64,000 bases of DNA, taken from the NCBI GenBank assembly GCA_951406725.2, contig OX597823.1:95542001-95606000 (forward strand). Direction: 5' to 3'. Below are positions 42,190-57,204 of this stretch, one piece after another. Source of the DNA: Octopus vulgaris (lineage: Eukaryota). The first letter of the stretch is position 1. The number at the start of each line of letters is the position of its first letter. The notes beneath the pieces were generated by a model, which saw nothing but the letters and a program-made list of their open reading frames with translations, was not told the DNA's origin and ran no database searches. A program made the translations under genes and the position numbers.

Positions 42190-42500
42190 ATACTCTCTTA
42201 TACACACACACGCACCTTCGTGTTATGGGTCATCTTTACTTTGTTATCTCCCCTACTTCTTCACTCTCCTGTGTGACCCTTCTGTCCGGCAGTCGCCATG
42301 ATAGATCGTTAGCCACTACACACATTTTTTCTCTCGTTTCTCTCCTTGTTTTTTACTGTGTCCCTTTCTGTAGAAGAGCGTAGGCTCGAAACGTAAAAGA
42401 CTTTTTCTATTCCTGAGCGTTATACTAATACATCTGTTTGTTTTGTACACCACTTCTCTTCGTCTTTTGTTTTTTTTTCGTAAACTCTCCTTATATGTAT
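42190..42500 (+). mobile_element. Penelope-type terminal unit with a variant minimal hammerhead
   Basis: CTTT CTGTAGA A GAGC-GTAG-GCTC GAAA CGTA AAAG at 42364-42399. Tail is homologous to 17270-17430 and ends in (TA)n. Confidence 0.65.
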
Positions 42501-42526
42501 ATATACACATATATAGATACATATAT

Positions 42527-42578
<52 letters not shown>

Positions 42579-42580
<2 letters not shown>

Positions 42581-43062
42581 CAATAAGAAAATGGAAGGTA
42601 TCAATAGGTGGTTCATCAACTTTTAGACATTATATTATGTCAATTCATTTACTTATTTACTAAACTGACAATTACAAGAAAATACATACATGTATAACAT
42701 ATTATGCTTTACATATAAAATATATTAATATATAAAGATACCAGTAATTATTAAAATATAACATACAGGAATATACATGTATGTATATTCTTGTAATTGT
42801 CATTTTAGTAAATAAATAAATAAATTGACATAATGTCTAAAAGTTGATGAACCACCTATTGATCCTCTCCATTTTCTTATTGCTCTATAAATTAATGGTA
42901 AAATATCTCTTTACCTTCACCCATTTAGTACACTCAGTAATGTAATTGCAATGCAATAAAAAACACTTGTGTATTAATAATTGGGTATTCTACCAGCAGT
43001 ATATTGGATAGATATTATCCCTTAGTTGGTTGGATTCACAACCTCTAACTTTCTTGGAATTA
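42579..43062. mobile_element. (TA)n-embedded element with a ~115-bp-arm fold-back
   Basis: 42579-42697 is the reverse complement of ~42772-42884. ~42995-43045 is the reverse complement of ~21575-21632 (GGGATAATAT.TATCCAATATACTGCT). Confidence 0.65.
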
Positions 43063-43383
43063 TATATATATATCATTGTTTAAATGTTCACACAGAACAA
43101 ATAGTGAGGAATTATCAATCTGGGTGAAATACTTCGTAAGCTCTCTGTTGGCACATCAGGCTAACTATATGAAGATTAATGTTATAACCAGAAATGTCTC
43201 TGACGAAAGTAGGATTAATTTTCTTAGGTGGTTCAATTTACCTCAATCGCTCAATAGACCAATTGAATAAACCTATCAGTAATGTACATATAATAACTAC
43301 TGGAAACAACTGTAAGCCAAGTTTGCTCCAATAAAGGAATAATATCTAATGGCCATTATTTTAAACTTTTTTCTTATATATAT

Positions 43384-44200
43384 ATTACATGGAAAAATGC
43401 GAGCAAGAAAAATTCTTAAGATTATAAACTTGGAAAATTACAGGACAAGTTTTTACACTTGGTAAAGTTCAGGACAACTTATTTACATCTGGTAAAGTAC
43501 AGAACAAGAAAAGTTTTACTCGAAATATTGCGGCTAAGGATAAAATTTCAAATAAAATATTTAGATTTAGAAAATATTAGCTTTTATTAAAACTAAAAAT
43601 TTTATTACAAGTTATCACTTCTATTTGTTATTACTTGTTACTTCTAATTAATAATCAGAAATTTGAAAATAGGTTATAAAAAATAATAGTAGTACATAAT
43701 TAGTACAATAAATAGAATAATACAAAAATTAGTTATATGTTGCAATAAATTCTACCTATAGCAACAAATGCAAGTAAAATTTGCTTGAGTTATTCCCTAA
43801 GTCATTGCCAAGTCTTCACAATTTTAGTCCTGACCCAATCCCTATCTTTTATATAATGAATATATGCCTACCATATATACTAGTCTACTTTGCATAAAAC
43901 TTTAGCTCTATTGGTACTTCTGTTTCTCATATTTTAAGTATTCTAGTGTGTCAATATTTTAACAAAATGATGGTACCTTTTTTAATTATGAAGTTACTTT
44001 GTAAATTAAAATCAAATAATTTTTAATATTCAAATTTTGTCCTTAGCTGCAATATTTTAAGTAAAAATTTTCTTGTTTTGTACTCTACCAGATGTAATAA
44101 CCTGTCCTGAACTTTTCCAAGTGTAATAATTTGCCCTGTAATTTTCTAGGTTTACAATCTTAAGAATATTATTTCTCTTGCTTGTATTTTTCCATGTAAT
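43384..44200. mobile_element. MITE / fold-back DNA element with ~180-bp TIRs
   Basis: ATTACATGGAAAAA...TTTTTCCATGTAAT. The TIRs contain three subrepeats like CAGGACAA..TT.TACA.TGG.AAAGT. AT-rich non-coding core. Confidence 0.75.
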
Positions 44201-45080
44201 CCATGTTTTTTCCAGGCTATGCTATTATGCTAATTAATAATGTCTCAAATGTGTCAATTAGTGGTGTTGTTGATAATTTTCTCCTTACCTCAATGACACT
44301 GGTGACAGATATTAAAAGTCCCCTTATAGAACTATATCCATAAAAAAGTATAGAACTATATTGTCACCCTCAAATTTGAGAAACAAACACTCATAACCTT
44401 ATTCTTTTAAAACATCATTGCATGAGATTGATACCATGAAATTCCTCGAATTGAGCTCTAACATTTAAGCTTAATTAAAATATAGTTTGTTTGTTTTTTT
44501 AAAAAGTTAATCATACTTAAATCCAATTTTTTGCCTTACTTATATTTTTTCATGATATTTTACCTCACAACTTTTTTGATACAAATTTTTGTTACATGGA
44601 ACCAAAGCTATGAAATTCTTCATGCTTTCTTCTATTATTGAAGCTAAGATAAAATATATTTTGCTTTTAAAATAAAAAAGTTATTCCGATCTAAACTTGA
44701 TTGGTGCTGTTACTTACTCTCCAATAATATTGCTACAAATTTTGATGTAAACCCTTTTCTACTGGACCAAATCTCATTTTTTTAATGCCAAAATGTAGCT
44801 AGGGACCAGCCCTTTTCAAAAATCTTAACAGTTTAACTGAATTAGTGACAACCTTTTTAACCATGCAGCTGTTTTTTTAAGCATGTCAGTTTATCTTTAA
44901 AGGATATGATATGAGGGAGATTTGACTGCCATTGCTAGCTTCAGAGAACCTGATAATTTATGCTTCAAACACCACTTTAAATAAGGACAAAGTTATTTTT
45001 TACTAAATTTTCTATTTTTACAAAATTAATTGAAACAAAGGCAGCATATTTCACCAGAAATAGGGTGACAAAAGGATTAA

Positions 45081-45945
45081 TACGAGCTGGTATCAAAAAG
45101 TTCCCAGACATGATTGTGCAGAGCTAGCAGTGACCTTCATGAGTAACATCACTGTGTTTACTTTGCAAGTTGTGATTCTTTGTGTTTTTGTAATCACATG
45201 TGTCTGCTGTAGTCTGTGATTTTGTCATGAACAGGAAATTGAAACAAAGAGCCAAAGTGAAATTTTGCATTAAGTCTGCTACAGAGACATTGAGCATGCT
45301 TCGGCAAGCTTACGGTGATGAAGTAATGGGTCATATGCGATGTTTTGAGCGGCAAAGGCACTTCAAAAGCTGAAGAACATCCCTGGAAGACGATGAGTGG
45401 AAGACCTGCCACAAGTATCACTCTTCGGAAATTTGGTATTGTGCATCAAGAATTTATCCCCCAGGGCCAGACCGTCAGTTGAGAGTTTTACTATTGTGAA
45501 GTATTTGAGGGAAGACATTCATCGAAAGCAACCAGATCTGTGGAGCCCATAGAATTGTATTCTTCATGACAATGATGCATCCTGTCACCGAGCTTGCCTT
45601 ACTCGTGAGATTCCTACCAAAAGCAGCATGGTATCACTTCCACACATGCCCTATTCATTACATTAAGCACCTGTGGACTTCCATCTTTTCCCCATGATGA
45701 AAATGCAGTGCAAAGGTTGCTGCTTTAACACCATTGTCAAAATCCAGAGCAAATCGCAGAAGGTCCTCGACTCAACTTAGGGGAAATGACTTCCAGGCTG
45801 GATTCCAAAAATGGCAGGAATGCTGGGACCAGTGTATTGCTGTGCAAGGTGACTATTTCAAAGGAGATTATGTCAAAACTTTGGTAAATAAGTTATTCTT
45901 TTATTAAACATAACTAGTCCAGGAACCTTTTGATACCACTTTGTA
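45081..45945 (+). mobile_element. Internally deleted mariner element with both TIRs and TA ends
   Basis: TA-CGAGCTGGTATCAAAAAGTTCC...GGAACCTTTTGATACCACTTTG-TA; remnants of HDNDA.CH and PVDFHLFP.MK. Confidence 0.85.
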
Positions 45946-46989
45946 GACGGAATTTACATTCAGAAATTGAAACTTTCACTTTACAATATCTGCGATGTAG
46001 CCTCATGACAACAGAGTTATATATGAAGGTCCTCATTATTGGATGTTGTCACATTTAATTAGGGTCATGTCAAGTTATAAAGCTGCAGTGAGATAAGGTT
46101 TTTATTGGTTTTAGTCTTGTAAGATTTATGAAGATCTTAACGGCATTAGATATGTTTGTCAGGTTTATGTGCAGCTTAATGATTAGTTGGTCTTGGCTAA
46201 ATTCTTACTAACAGTGTCTTTGGATGTTCATGTTATATTACTCCAATTTCATTCTGTGTCCTGACTAAGTATTGAACTAAGTTTAGTGACTCTGCTTTAT
46301 TTCGTGCGTCCACCTCGTGTCCTTTTTAAAGTCAACTTTTGACTGCCTTTTGATTTGCATTCTGGTTTGTTTCGTAAGTGGCATGTTACTTTTTGCACGT
46401 GGATTTTTAAGTTCTGCTTTAATCAGCCTGCATTTTTTGAGTATATATTGCGTTGTATTGTCTCCATTATTGATTGGCACTCAAGTAATGTAATCCAAGT
46501 TAATAATTCTGTATTAAAACATAATAATGTGCTAAGCTGGGGTCTGTGCATCAGAGAGGTATTAACATGAGTTTGTCCCCAAAACTATTTATCTGTTCAA
46601 CATTATGGAGATATCACTGGTCCCTTATGGTTACTGATGAATATCACTCAGAACCTTTTCTGTTGGATCCTCTCTCTGCCATTTGTTAGTTGTGTCTTCT
46701 CGATTGAATTAGCTTTTATCTTCATTTTATTCTGTTGATGACTTTATCTCTGCACCTTTCTGGCACTTTACCGCCTAAATTCCTGTTGAAAAAAAAAATG
46801 CTTTTTCCTCAGTTCTTCTGCTCTTGGGAAACTTATATCATAGCTTTTGGGTTCCTTTTAACATAATCATTGAATTCAAACTAAACACCATGACGTTACT
46901 CACCTTATTTAGCCTTTCTCATCTTTCACTTTAGGAGGAGGCTCAGAGCACTGCCCTGCCCCTTTACACTTACTTACAAACACACACAC

Positions 46990-47252
46990 TCTCTCTCTCC
47001 TCTTTCTCATCTCTCCTCTCTCTCTTCTCTCTCTCTCTCCTCTTCCTCTTCTCTTCTATCCCCTCTCTCTCTCTCTTCTCTCATCTCTCTTCTCTCTCTC
47101 CTCTTCTCTCTCTCTTCTCTCTCTCTCCTCTTCTCTCTTCTCTCTTCTCTCTCCTCTCTTTTCTCTCTTCTCTCTCTCTTCTCTTCTCTTTCTCTTCTCT
47201 CTCCTCTCTTCTCTCTTCTCTTCTCTCTCTCCTCTCCCCCCTCTCTCCTCCC
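46990..47252. repeat. Pyrimidine-only (TC/TTCTC) tract
   Basis: ~260 bp almost purely C/T. Confidence 0.95.
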
Positions 47253-47339
47253 CATACATTTAGATATTTCTTTATGCTATTGCATAGAGTCAAAAGTTTT
47301 GCAATATTTTGGTAACTTATTTGCTTTATTCTTCAATTC

Positions 47340-48060
47340 ACCACAAAAGCAGTCAAGCATTCAAAGAGCATCGAGCTGCACCAGCTGAAGCCTCCTTTTT
47401 TTAACAAGTTCTTTGATCCCACGATGATACCAGTTCTTGTCCTTTGAGGTGAAGAATTCTTTCACTGAAGCTTCCACCTCCTCTTGGTTGATGAAGCTTC
47501 ATGAGCACAGGAAGTGAACCAAGAATCGGAACAATTAGTAATCCAAAGAAGCTAGGCCCAGACTCTATGCTGGGTGTGGCATCCGTTCAATTCCCTCAAA
47601 TTCTTGGAATTTATTCCAGGTTGTTTGAGTGGTATGAGGTCTTGTTGGAGAACAGCCTGGTTTCTGTGAACCAGAGGCCTTGGAACCCACAGTTTTAGGC
47701 CTCCCTAACCTTGCCTGATCATTGAGGTTCTTATAACCTGAACGATATTTCTTGACCCATCTGGTTACTAAACTGTGATCAACTGTACCTTCACCTTTCA
47801 CACTGCAAATGGTTTTCGGTGCTTCCATGGCGTTATGGCCCAGTTTGAACTCGTAAAGCATAAGTTCTTGAATCAGATTACATTGTGTGGCTTTCAAATC
47901 ACGTGCAGACTGAAGCAAGAGATAACACGTCAGCAAACCGACAACCACAATGCTACCAACCACAGCAAGTGCCTTCCACAGCTTGAACAGCTTCGGTCAC
48001 GTGATGTACTTACTGCAAACTAGCACGTATGCAAATATTGCAAAACTTTTGACTCATCTC
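47340..48060 (-). mobile_element. Mariner (Mos1-like HTH) remnant
   Basis: LMLYEFKLGHNAMEAPKTICSVKGEGTV...RWVKKYRSGYKNLNDQARLGRP. Confidence 0.85.
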
Positions 48061-50088
48061 AAGAGTAAAATTAACCAAGCATCAGTCTTAAACAACTCAA
48101 AACCAGTAATCCCATGTTTTAATTTTGCAACCATCATTTATGATTAATGGTGAATAAAAATTACAAGTGGTTGGATGTCTACTTCCCAACGTCTCTTTGA
48201 GCTTTCAGCTAGAAATAATCTGTGAGAGTTCTCACCCAATTTACTGCTGCTGCTGCTGCTATTTATATAAGCTGTTCTAAATGTAGTTCCTCCATTGATG
48301 CTGTACGTCTATTATAATTATGTTAAAGCCATCGTGTATGCTGTGAAGTACATCCTGCATTTTATATTTCTGTCCACCTGCATTGACAGCAGCTGCGGAT
48401 GTGTGTCTGCTCACTCTTCTATTCGGTTTGTTTGGTTCTTTAATTATGTCTGCGGCATTCCAACATTCGTTATTTCACAATAGAAACGGTTAACAAGCTT
48501 TAGAATTCCCATAAATCATTGAAACATGTAATTTTATGGATGGATGCGTTTTGTTAACGCTTCTGCTTCCTTTGGTTGTAATCTTTCAGACTTTGTCAGT
48601 TCTTGCAACATGGCCAAACACAGCAAACCTTAGATCTTATCCAACTGTTCAGTGTAAATATTTTCTAAATCTTAAGGGGCTTTTAATAGTGGGTGATGGT
48701 GGTGGTGGTGGTGGTGGAGGATGGTGAGCTCAGTTTTATAGAATAAAGTTGAATGGAAGTTGAGTCTCAACCTGAATAGACTCTAGTTGACCAATGTCAA
48801 CTGGGATTGATTGGTAAAGCTTCTCTCACCCGTGCACTACAACTGCTATCTCTTAAACAGAAACTTTTTTCTCTCTTTGCTTCTTCTACAAGAATCTCTA
48901 CTTCTCTGACCTAGCTGCCAGCATATGTAGGCTGAGGTGTAGCTGTGTGGTAAGAAGCTCGCTTCCCAAACACATGGTTCCAGGTTCAACTCCACTGAGC
49001 AAGAGTCTTCTGTAACTCTGGGCCAACCAAAGCCTTGTAAGTGGATTTGATAGATAGGAACTAAAAGAAGCCCATCATATGAGTGTGTGTGCGTGTGTGT
49101 GTGTGCCAGTGCCGCCTGACTGGCACTTAAAAAGCATCATTCGAGCATGACCAATGCCAATGCCACCTGACTGGCTCCTGTGCTGGTGGCACGTATAAAG
49201 GCACCCACTACACTCTTGGAGTGGTTGGCGTTAGGAAGGGCATCCAGCTGTAGATATCTTGCCAGATCAGAGTGGAGCCTGGTGCAGGTACCTGGCTTGC
49301 CAGTTCTCAGTCAAACCATCAAACCCATGCCAGCACAGAAAGCGGATGTTAAATGTTGATGATGATGATGTTGATGATGGTGATATATATATATATGTCT
49401 ATGTGTCTGTGTTTATGCCCCTGTAACCTAGCATGTTTCAGCAAAGAGACCAATAAAATAAGAACCAGGCTTAAAAAGAAGAGTTAATTCATTCAGCTAG
49501 AATTCCTCAAGGTGGTGCCCCAGCATGGCCACAATCTAATGACTGAAACGTGTGAAAAGATAAAAGATAAAAGATATGTACCTAAACCTCAACTGTGTCT
49601 TATCTCACGATTCTTCTGTTTCAGGTCTGCTACTATCTGTCTGTTTGTCTCTGTCTCTCTCTGTCTCTCTCTCTCTCCCCCCTCACCCTATTCATGCTTC
49701 TTTTGCTTTCGGCCGTTGTTGAAATGAAACAACAAATGCAATTATTTGTGCATGGAGGTCTTACAAAAATCATGGGAAGTGACCGCCGTCTTCTGGCTGT
49801 CATCATTGTTGTTTTAACATCCACTTTTCCATACTTGTATGGGTCAGACAAAATTTACTGAGGCAGATTTTCTATGGCCAGCTGTCCAGCCTGTCACTAA
49901 CCCTCACCTGCTTCCAGCTGGGCATGTTTTCATGCAAAACTACAAACAAGGGGCTCTGGTGGTATGAGGGTGACACTCATATAGAAATATCCCATGATGT
50001 GAAGACAAGGCCACACACATATATGTAACGGGCTTCTTTTAGTTTTCCATCCACCAAATCTTCTCGAGACTTTGGTTGTTGCCATCTT

Positions 50089-50120
<32 letters not shown>

Positions 50121-51486
50121 TTAATGTCTATCTTCCATGCTGCTATGGTTGGCTGGTTTGACAGGAGCTGGCAAGCTGGAGGGTTGAACCAGGCTCCAAT
50201 TGTCTATTCTGGCATGGTTTCTACAGCTGGATGCCCTTCTTAATGCCAACCACTTTACAGAGTGGAGTGGGTGCTTTTTATGTGGAGCCATAAAAACAAA
50301 AACACCCAGTGAAATTATTGGGTATGTCTTCTTGGTACAATATGAAATGGGGTATGTAGAATGAAGTGCTCTGACCAAATAAACAATAAAGATGGCACAG
50401 ATAGACTGGCTCATGAATTGATTTATCTGGCCATTTCAGGTAAACAAACACCATTTTAGATTTCATCCAGGTCAAAGCAAATTGATCAGATGTAACTGAA
50501 TAATTTTTAACCAAGCTCTCATCTGACCATCATCACTTTCAGCTATAATTGGAGGGCTGGTCAGTCAATATGTTGGCGAAATTCTTCAGAAAAAATATCT
50601 GGCCATATGTCTGAATTGAAAAAATTAATTACATTGAAACACAGCCAGGGTCAATAAAATAATTACCAGCCATTGAGGCAGCTCCGAAATAGTTGATTGT
50701 TCTGCCAGGAATACTAATCTCACCATCTTGAAATAATGGTTTCAAATTGTGGCACAAGGCCAGCAGTTTTTTTTTTAGGGGAGGGGCTATGTTGATTACA
50801 TCAGCCCCAGTGCTCAACTGGTATTCATTTTATTGACCCCCAAAAGGATGAAAGACAATGTTGACCTCAGTGGAATTTGATCTTAGAACATAAAAATGGA
50901 TGAAAGACTGCTCAGCATTTTGCTTGGCATGCTCACAGTTTTACCAGGCTGCCACCTGACACCATCTTGAAATAATAAAAGACACATTTGATACTGTAGT
51001 CTTTGATATGCTAGGTGAAGATAAAAGGCATGATGGTCATGGTAGATGCATCTTTGATCATAAGTTAGATTGTTAAGGCATGACTAGGGGTGAAATAACA
51101 CCACCACAAACCACGCAGCTTCAATGTGGGTACTTCACCTGCTAGAAATAGCAGCCAAATTTCCCTTAAACTTTTCCTGCTGCCAACCATTTAAGAAAAG
51201 AGAGGACATATTAGATGATGTAATCATAGATACATCATATCTGAAATAAAAAAGATGTGGTGGCCATGGTCAGAGAGTCTTTGCTGAGACGATGGATTTA
51301 GAACTAAACATCTATAAAATCATAGGTTGTGTAATAAGTTTGCTTCTCAACCACATGGTTCCAGGTTCAGTCCTACTATATGTCACCTAAGGCAAGTGTC
51401 TTCTACCATAGCCTCAGGCAGACAAACGCTTTGTGAGTGGATTCGGTAGACGGAAACTGAAAGAAGCTAATCACATATGTGTGTGT

Positions 51487-51529
<43 letters not shown>

Positions 51530-53704
51530 TATGTTTGCCCACCACCACCACTTGACACCTAATCTTGATTTATTGATGTCTATGTGACTTAGCAGTCTGG
51601 TAAAAGAGACTGATAGAAAAAGTACCAGGCTTAAAAAAAGAGAAATAAATACTGGTGTGTGGGGGGGGGGGTTATATTCGACTAAAAGTTCTTCAAGTCA
51701 TTGCTCCAGCATGGCCAAAGCCTAATGCCTGATAGGTCATTATTAAATTCATACAAGGATGGCCTCGATTAGAATATCTTCCCCCCCACACACACACCGA
51801 CTCCCGCCAGTTCTGTCAATCTGTGGCCATGTTCCAACCATATTATTACATTTTATTTTTGTATTTTCTGCTTCCATTAATAACCAGCCAAGCATAATGA
51901 CAGACAGACAGACAGACAGACAAATGGATTGGCTGATAAGATACGGCTGTAGATTGCCATGGAGAGTGAGAGGGAGAGGGAGAGAGAGAGAGAGAAAAAA
52001 AAAGAGAAAGAGAGAGTCAGTAGACATACTTATATACACACACCCACACGTACCTGCATGCATACATAAGTATATATCTATGTACTTAAGTATGTGTGTA
52101 GATAGGTCTGTAGCTATGCATTCATACATGCATGCATGCATACATACACAACGGGTTTCTTTCAGTTTCCATCTACCAAATCTACTCAGAAGGCCTTGGT
52201 TGGCCCAAGGCTATAGTAGAAGACACTTGCCCAAGGTGCCATGCAGTGGGACTGAACCTGGAACCATGTGGTTGGGAAGCAAGCTTTTTACAACACAGCT
52301 GCTCCTGCATAACATATTATAAGCATATTACACATACACACACACACACACTTACACACACACACACATCTTCATTATCATCATTGACAGCTAACATCAT
52401 GGGTTGGATGGCTTGACAGGAACTGGCAACGCTAGGGTCTGAATCAGGTCCCATTGTGTGTTTCTATGGCTCAATGCCCTTCCTAACCCTGACCACTTTA
52501 CAGAGTGTACAGGGTGCTTTTCACATGGCACCAGCACCCACACCAATTCTTTTCATGTGGCACATCGGTCTTAGGATCTCAATTCTGTTGTGTTGGCTGG
52601 GTCTCCTCAAGTACAGCAACAACATTGGCGGCGCAATGGCCCAGTGGTTAGGGCAGCGTACTCACAGTCAGAGGATCGCAGTTTCGATTCCCAGACCGGG
52701 CGTTGTGTGTGTTTATTGAGCAAAAACAGCTAAAGCTCCACGAGGCTCCGGCAGGGGGTGGTGGCGACCCCTGTTGAGCTCTTTTGCTCCAACTTTCTCT
52801 CACTCTTTCTTCCTGTTTCTTGTTCCCGACTTCCTACACAACCGCTGAGCCTGGATGCACATTCATCCATCCGTCGATGCTCTCGGATTGACCTGCTTTC
52901 TCTTCTGCGGGTCTTACAAATAGCAAAGGACCACATTTCAGACTTCTCCCACTGCAAACAGTCCTGAGACGCTCAACAAACAAACAAACAAACAGCAACA
53001 ACAAAACCCTACATATATTTCTGTGGTAGCCATCTACCAAAGCAGAAAAAAATTCTACAAAACCAATTCCCTGTCTTTTTCTCTCTGCTGAGATAAATAA
53101 TACATTGCTGTACTCCAGACATGCCCACCACAACAGAATTGATGTCCTAAAATCACTGTGCCATATCAAAAGCAATGATGCTGGTGCCATGTAGAAAGCA
53201 CTTGTGATGGTGCCACACTAAAAGCTCTTGTGTTGGTGCCATGTCAAAAGCATCCAATGCACTCTGTAAAGTGGTTGGCATTAGGAAGGGCATCCAGCCG
53301 TAGAAACTGTGCCAAAACAGATATTTGGAGCCTGGTGCAGCTCTCCAGCCTTGCCAGCTCCTGTCAAACCATCCAACCCATGCCAGCATGGAAAATGGAC
53401 ATTTAATGATGATGATGGTGGTGATGATGATGATGATGAATTTAACTATTGTTTCAACCATTCTTTATGTAAGAGGTGAAAAAACACATTAGAATTATTT
53501 CTGTTTTTATTTTTTATTTTTTTTGCTTGCCTTCTGTGTTCTGATAATTGGCCAGTGACTGTTCCAAATGGCATCAGCTGCACAGACATTATACATGGCA
53601 CTGTCCTTTTTATTTTTAGATTCTAAAACTTCAGTTGATATATTCAAAGGTTGCGGAACAATTTAGTTCTGTTCTCTTGATAGAGCAGGATTTAGGATGA
53701 CTCT

Positions 53705-53765
<61 letters not shown>

Positions 53766-54479
53766 TATGTGTATTTGTGTGTGTGTTTGTGCGTGGGTGG
53801 GTGTTTGTGTTTGTGTGTATATATATATTTATGTGTGTGTTTGTAGATGTGTGATTGTGTGTGTGTGTGTGTATGTGTGTTTTTATGTTTGTAGGTGTGA
53901 TTGTGTGTATTTGTGTGTGTGTTTGTGCATGGGTTTGTGTTTGTGTGTATATATATCTATGTGTGTGTTTGTAGGTGTGTGATTGTGTGTGTGTGTGGGG
54001 GGGTGTAATCAGACTATGCATTGACTATGTATTGACGAATTGTTTGACCTCTTTATCAACAACAACAACAACAGCAACAATCCAAAATGAATATTATTAT
54101 TGATTATTGACACGTAAAAAGCACCAACCGATCGTGGCCGTTGCCAGCCCCGCCTGGCACCTGTGCTGGTGGCACGTAAAAAGCATCCACTAAACTTACG
54201 GAGTGGTTGGCGTTAGGAAGGGCATCCAGCTGTAGAAACATTGCCAGATCTGACTGGGCCTGGTGCAGCCTCCTGGCTTCCCAGACCCCAGTCGAACCGT
54301 CCAACCCATGCTAGCATGGAAAGCGGATGTTTAATGATGATGATGATCATCATCATCATTTTAGGGAGAATCGGTTGCTATTTCTGGCAAGCTGAGTGAA
54401 CACACATTTATGTGTTAATGTTGATATGTGACTTTTTCATTCTGTAAATATGGCCAACTTATATTTCACAATATCACAA

Positions 54480-55160
54480 TATCAGCCACGCCATCACCAC
54501 CTGTCACAATGCACTTCCAATTCTGTCTTGATTGCACCATTCTTTTCCATCTTGACCCAAATTTTTTCACTAAATCCTCTTCCCATCATTGTGGAGGTCT
54601 TCCAAGTGGCCTTTTCCCAATTCCTTGCATATCACTCTGCAACTGCCAAGCTCTGCCTGTTGGCTGTGAACCTTACGACATGTCCGGCCCAGTGGAACTT
54701 GTGTTTTTGGTACTCTGCAATCACATTATTCACTCCACTCCATTATCAAATTATCTCATTTCGAATGTATTCTCATAGATATCCTTAACACAGAACTTTC
54801 CATGGCCATTTCTGTTGCAACCAATCAATGTTCAGTCCACTTCAGCCCATGTCTCACTTGTGCATAAGAGTGCAGGTTGCCTGGTGCTTCTGAACAGTCT
54901 GGCACATATGGCATCGTCGAACTTTGTTTGGAGTACATCCTTTTGTTAAGTCGCCTTTCATTCCTGCTCTTATTCTGTCTGAGATTTCAGAATCCATATT
55001 TTGGCAGATATTCACTATCTGTCCTAAGTAGACATCCTCCTTTACCCCCTCAGTTTCATCGCTTCCCACCATTATTCAGCCTGGTGCTGTCTTCTGACCA
55101 CATATATTTTATTTCCATGTGATTCATTTTAAGCTCTGAGTGTCCAGCTCTTTCAGCATG
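54480..55160 (-). mobile_element. Old RTE LINE C-terminal fragment
   Basis: VKEDVYLGQIVN...EISDRIRAG; KFHWAGHVVR. Confidence 0.65.
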
Positions 55161-55769
55161 GTCTGTGTCCTGTTATTTTATTTTTTTAAATCTGCAGGGT
55201 GTGATTTTATTGAGATTTGGTTGCTATTTCTAGCAAGTTGAATGAACACTTTATGTTCCATTTCTCTGTTAATGTTAATGCGTGACTTTTTCATCTAGTA
55301 AATTCAGGCAACCTATATTTACTGGATATTATTCAAAATAATACTTCAGTTCAGCACAAATTAGTAAATGTAGGCCAAAAAAAGAAAAAGTATTAGTCTA
55401 AATTCTATACAAAAAAAACAAAATGAATACCGTTTTATGCTTGAGTGGGCATGATTATTCTCAAAGATACTCTGCCTTTATATTTTTCGTGTTTGTATTT
55501 TATTCTGTTTTATTGTTATTTTATATTAAACCCCCACTTGATTGCCCCACTTTTCAGGGCACGATTATGTGACTGTGTCCTGAAAGAAAGAGAGAGGGAA
55601 TGAGAGAGAGAGAGAGAGAGAAAGTTGTATGATGTACCCACTTGTTTATTTAATGTAACAAGTGTGTAGTAAGTACTGTAGATTAAAAAAGATTAATAAA
55701 AACACTGGGAATAGGAAAATGCATAGGTTTTAGAGGGAAACCATTGGATGTTAGAGACAAAGATAAAGT

Positions 55770-55838
55770 TAGATAGATAGATAGATAGGTAGGTAGGTAG
55801 GTAGATAGATAGATAGAGAGACAGACAGACAGACAGAC

Positions 55839-55892
<54 letters not shown>

Positions 55893-55980
55893 ATACACAG
55901 ATAGATAGATAGATAGGTAGATAGGTAGGTAGGTAGGTAGGTAGGTAGGTAGGTAGAGAGAGAGAGAGACAGACAGATAA

Positions 55981-56015
<35 letters not shown>

Positions 56016-56026
56016 CACAGATAGAT

Positions 56027-56069
<43 letters not shown>

Positions 56070-56165
56070 ATACACAGTGACACAGAATACTCAGGCAAAT
56101 AGATATGTAGATAGTTGGCTAGACATGTTAGATAGAATAGACAGACAAACAGACAGATAGATGGA
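55770..56165. repeat. Compound (GATA)n/(GGTA)n/(GACA)n microsatellite
   Basis: Directly visible. Confidence 0.97.
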
Positions 56166-57155
56166 TAGTGACAAGCTAAAGAGAATATAAAAATAAATAA
56201 TTAGAAAGGCTGCTATGTATGTATGCATGTGTGTGTGTGTGTGTATAGATACATACACACATGTGTCCCCATACACACACCCACACTCACATGCTGCATC
56301 TGATTTCTAGCATGTGCACAGCACTGTAAGTTTTGGGAGAGAGATAAAAGGTGATCGTACTGATTTGGTATTCTGATTGAACTTTTATTTTGCTGACCCC
56401 CGTCCCCACCATCCCCACGAAGAGGAAAGGCAGCTGTGACCTCGGCTGGGTTGGAACCCAGAACAGAGAGAAATGTAACAAAATACTGCAACATACTTTG
56501 TTATTCAAACAATTTTGCTAAACCACTGCCCTTATACTCCACCCACTACCACCACCACCACCATCATACTCCTCTTCCTTCCCTTGTTTTTCCTCCTTCT
56601 CCTCCTCTTGTTTTTCTTTTTATGCTAGCATGGTATGGGTGAATGTCACAACATCACATTGCTTATCATGGTTTACATCATCACTTGGTACAGACAACAG
56701 CAGGATGTTGTTGATGTTTTACAGTATGCCCTGGAACCATTCTATCAATGCCACTGGCACTTGAGGGGCTCATCTCGTGTAGACCACCAATTCTTGTTCC
56801 CTATTTGCAGTCATTGTCCTCATCTACAGTCATAGTTCATCTACAATCCAACATGTAGAATCTATGTCATATTTAAATGTTCTACGTTCTTTGAAATGAT
56901 TTCAGTGTCCAAAACCCTTCCTATCGCTAAACACTTTATACTTGGTGCACTTTATCCTGCTATCATCCCTAATTAGGTTGTTTGTTGCAGGTTTAAATGG
57001 TTCCATCTCACTATATTTGTTCTTAATATATATATATATATATATATATATGGGCACGAAAAAAGCACCATTCAAGCGTGATCATTACCTGCGTCGCCTT
57101 ACTGGCACTTATGCTGGTGGCATGTGAAAAAAGCATTCAAGCGGACATTAAACGA

Positions 57156-57204
<49 letters not shown>

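Noticed and set aside
46050-46900. Possible old LINE remnant on the minus strand
   Set aside because: Coding-like texture but no diagnostic motif recovered.
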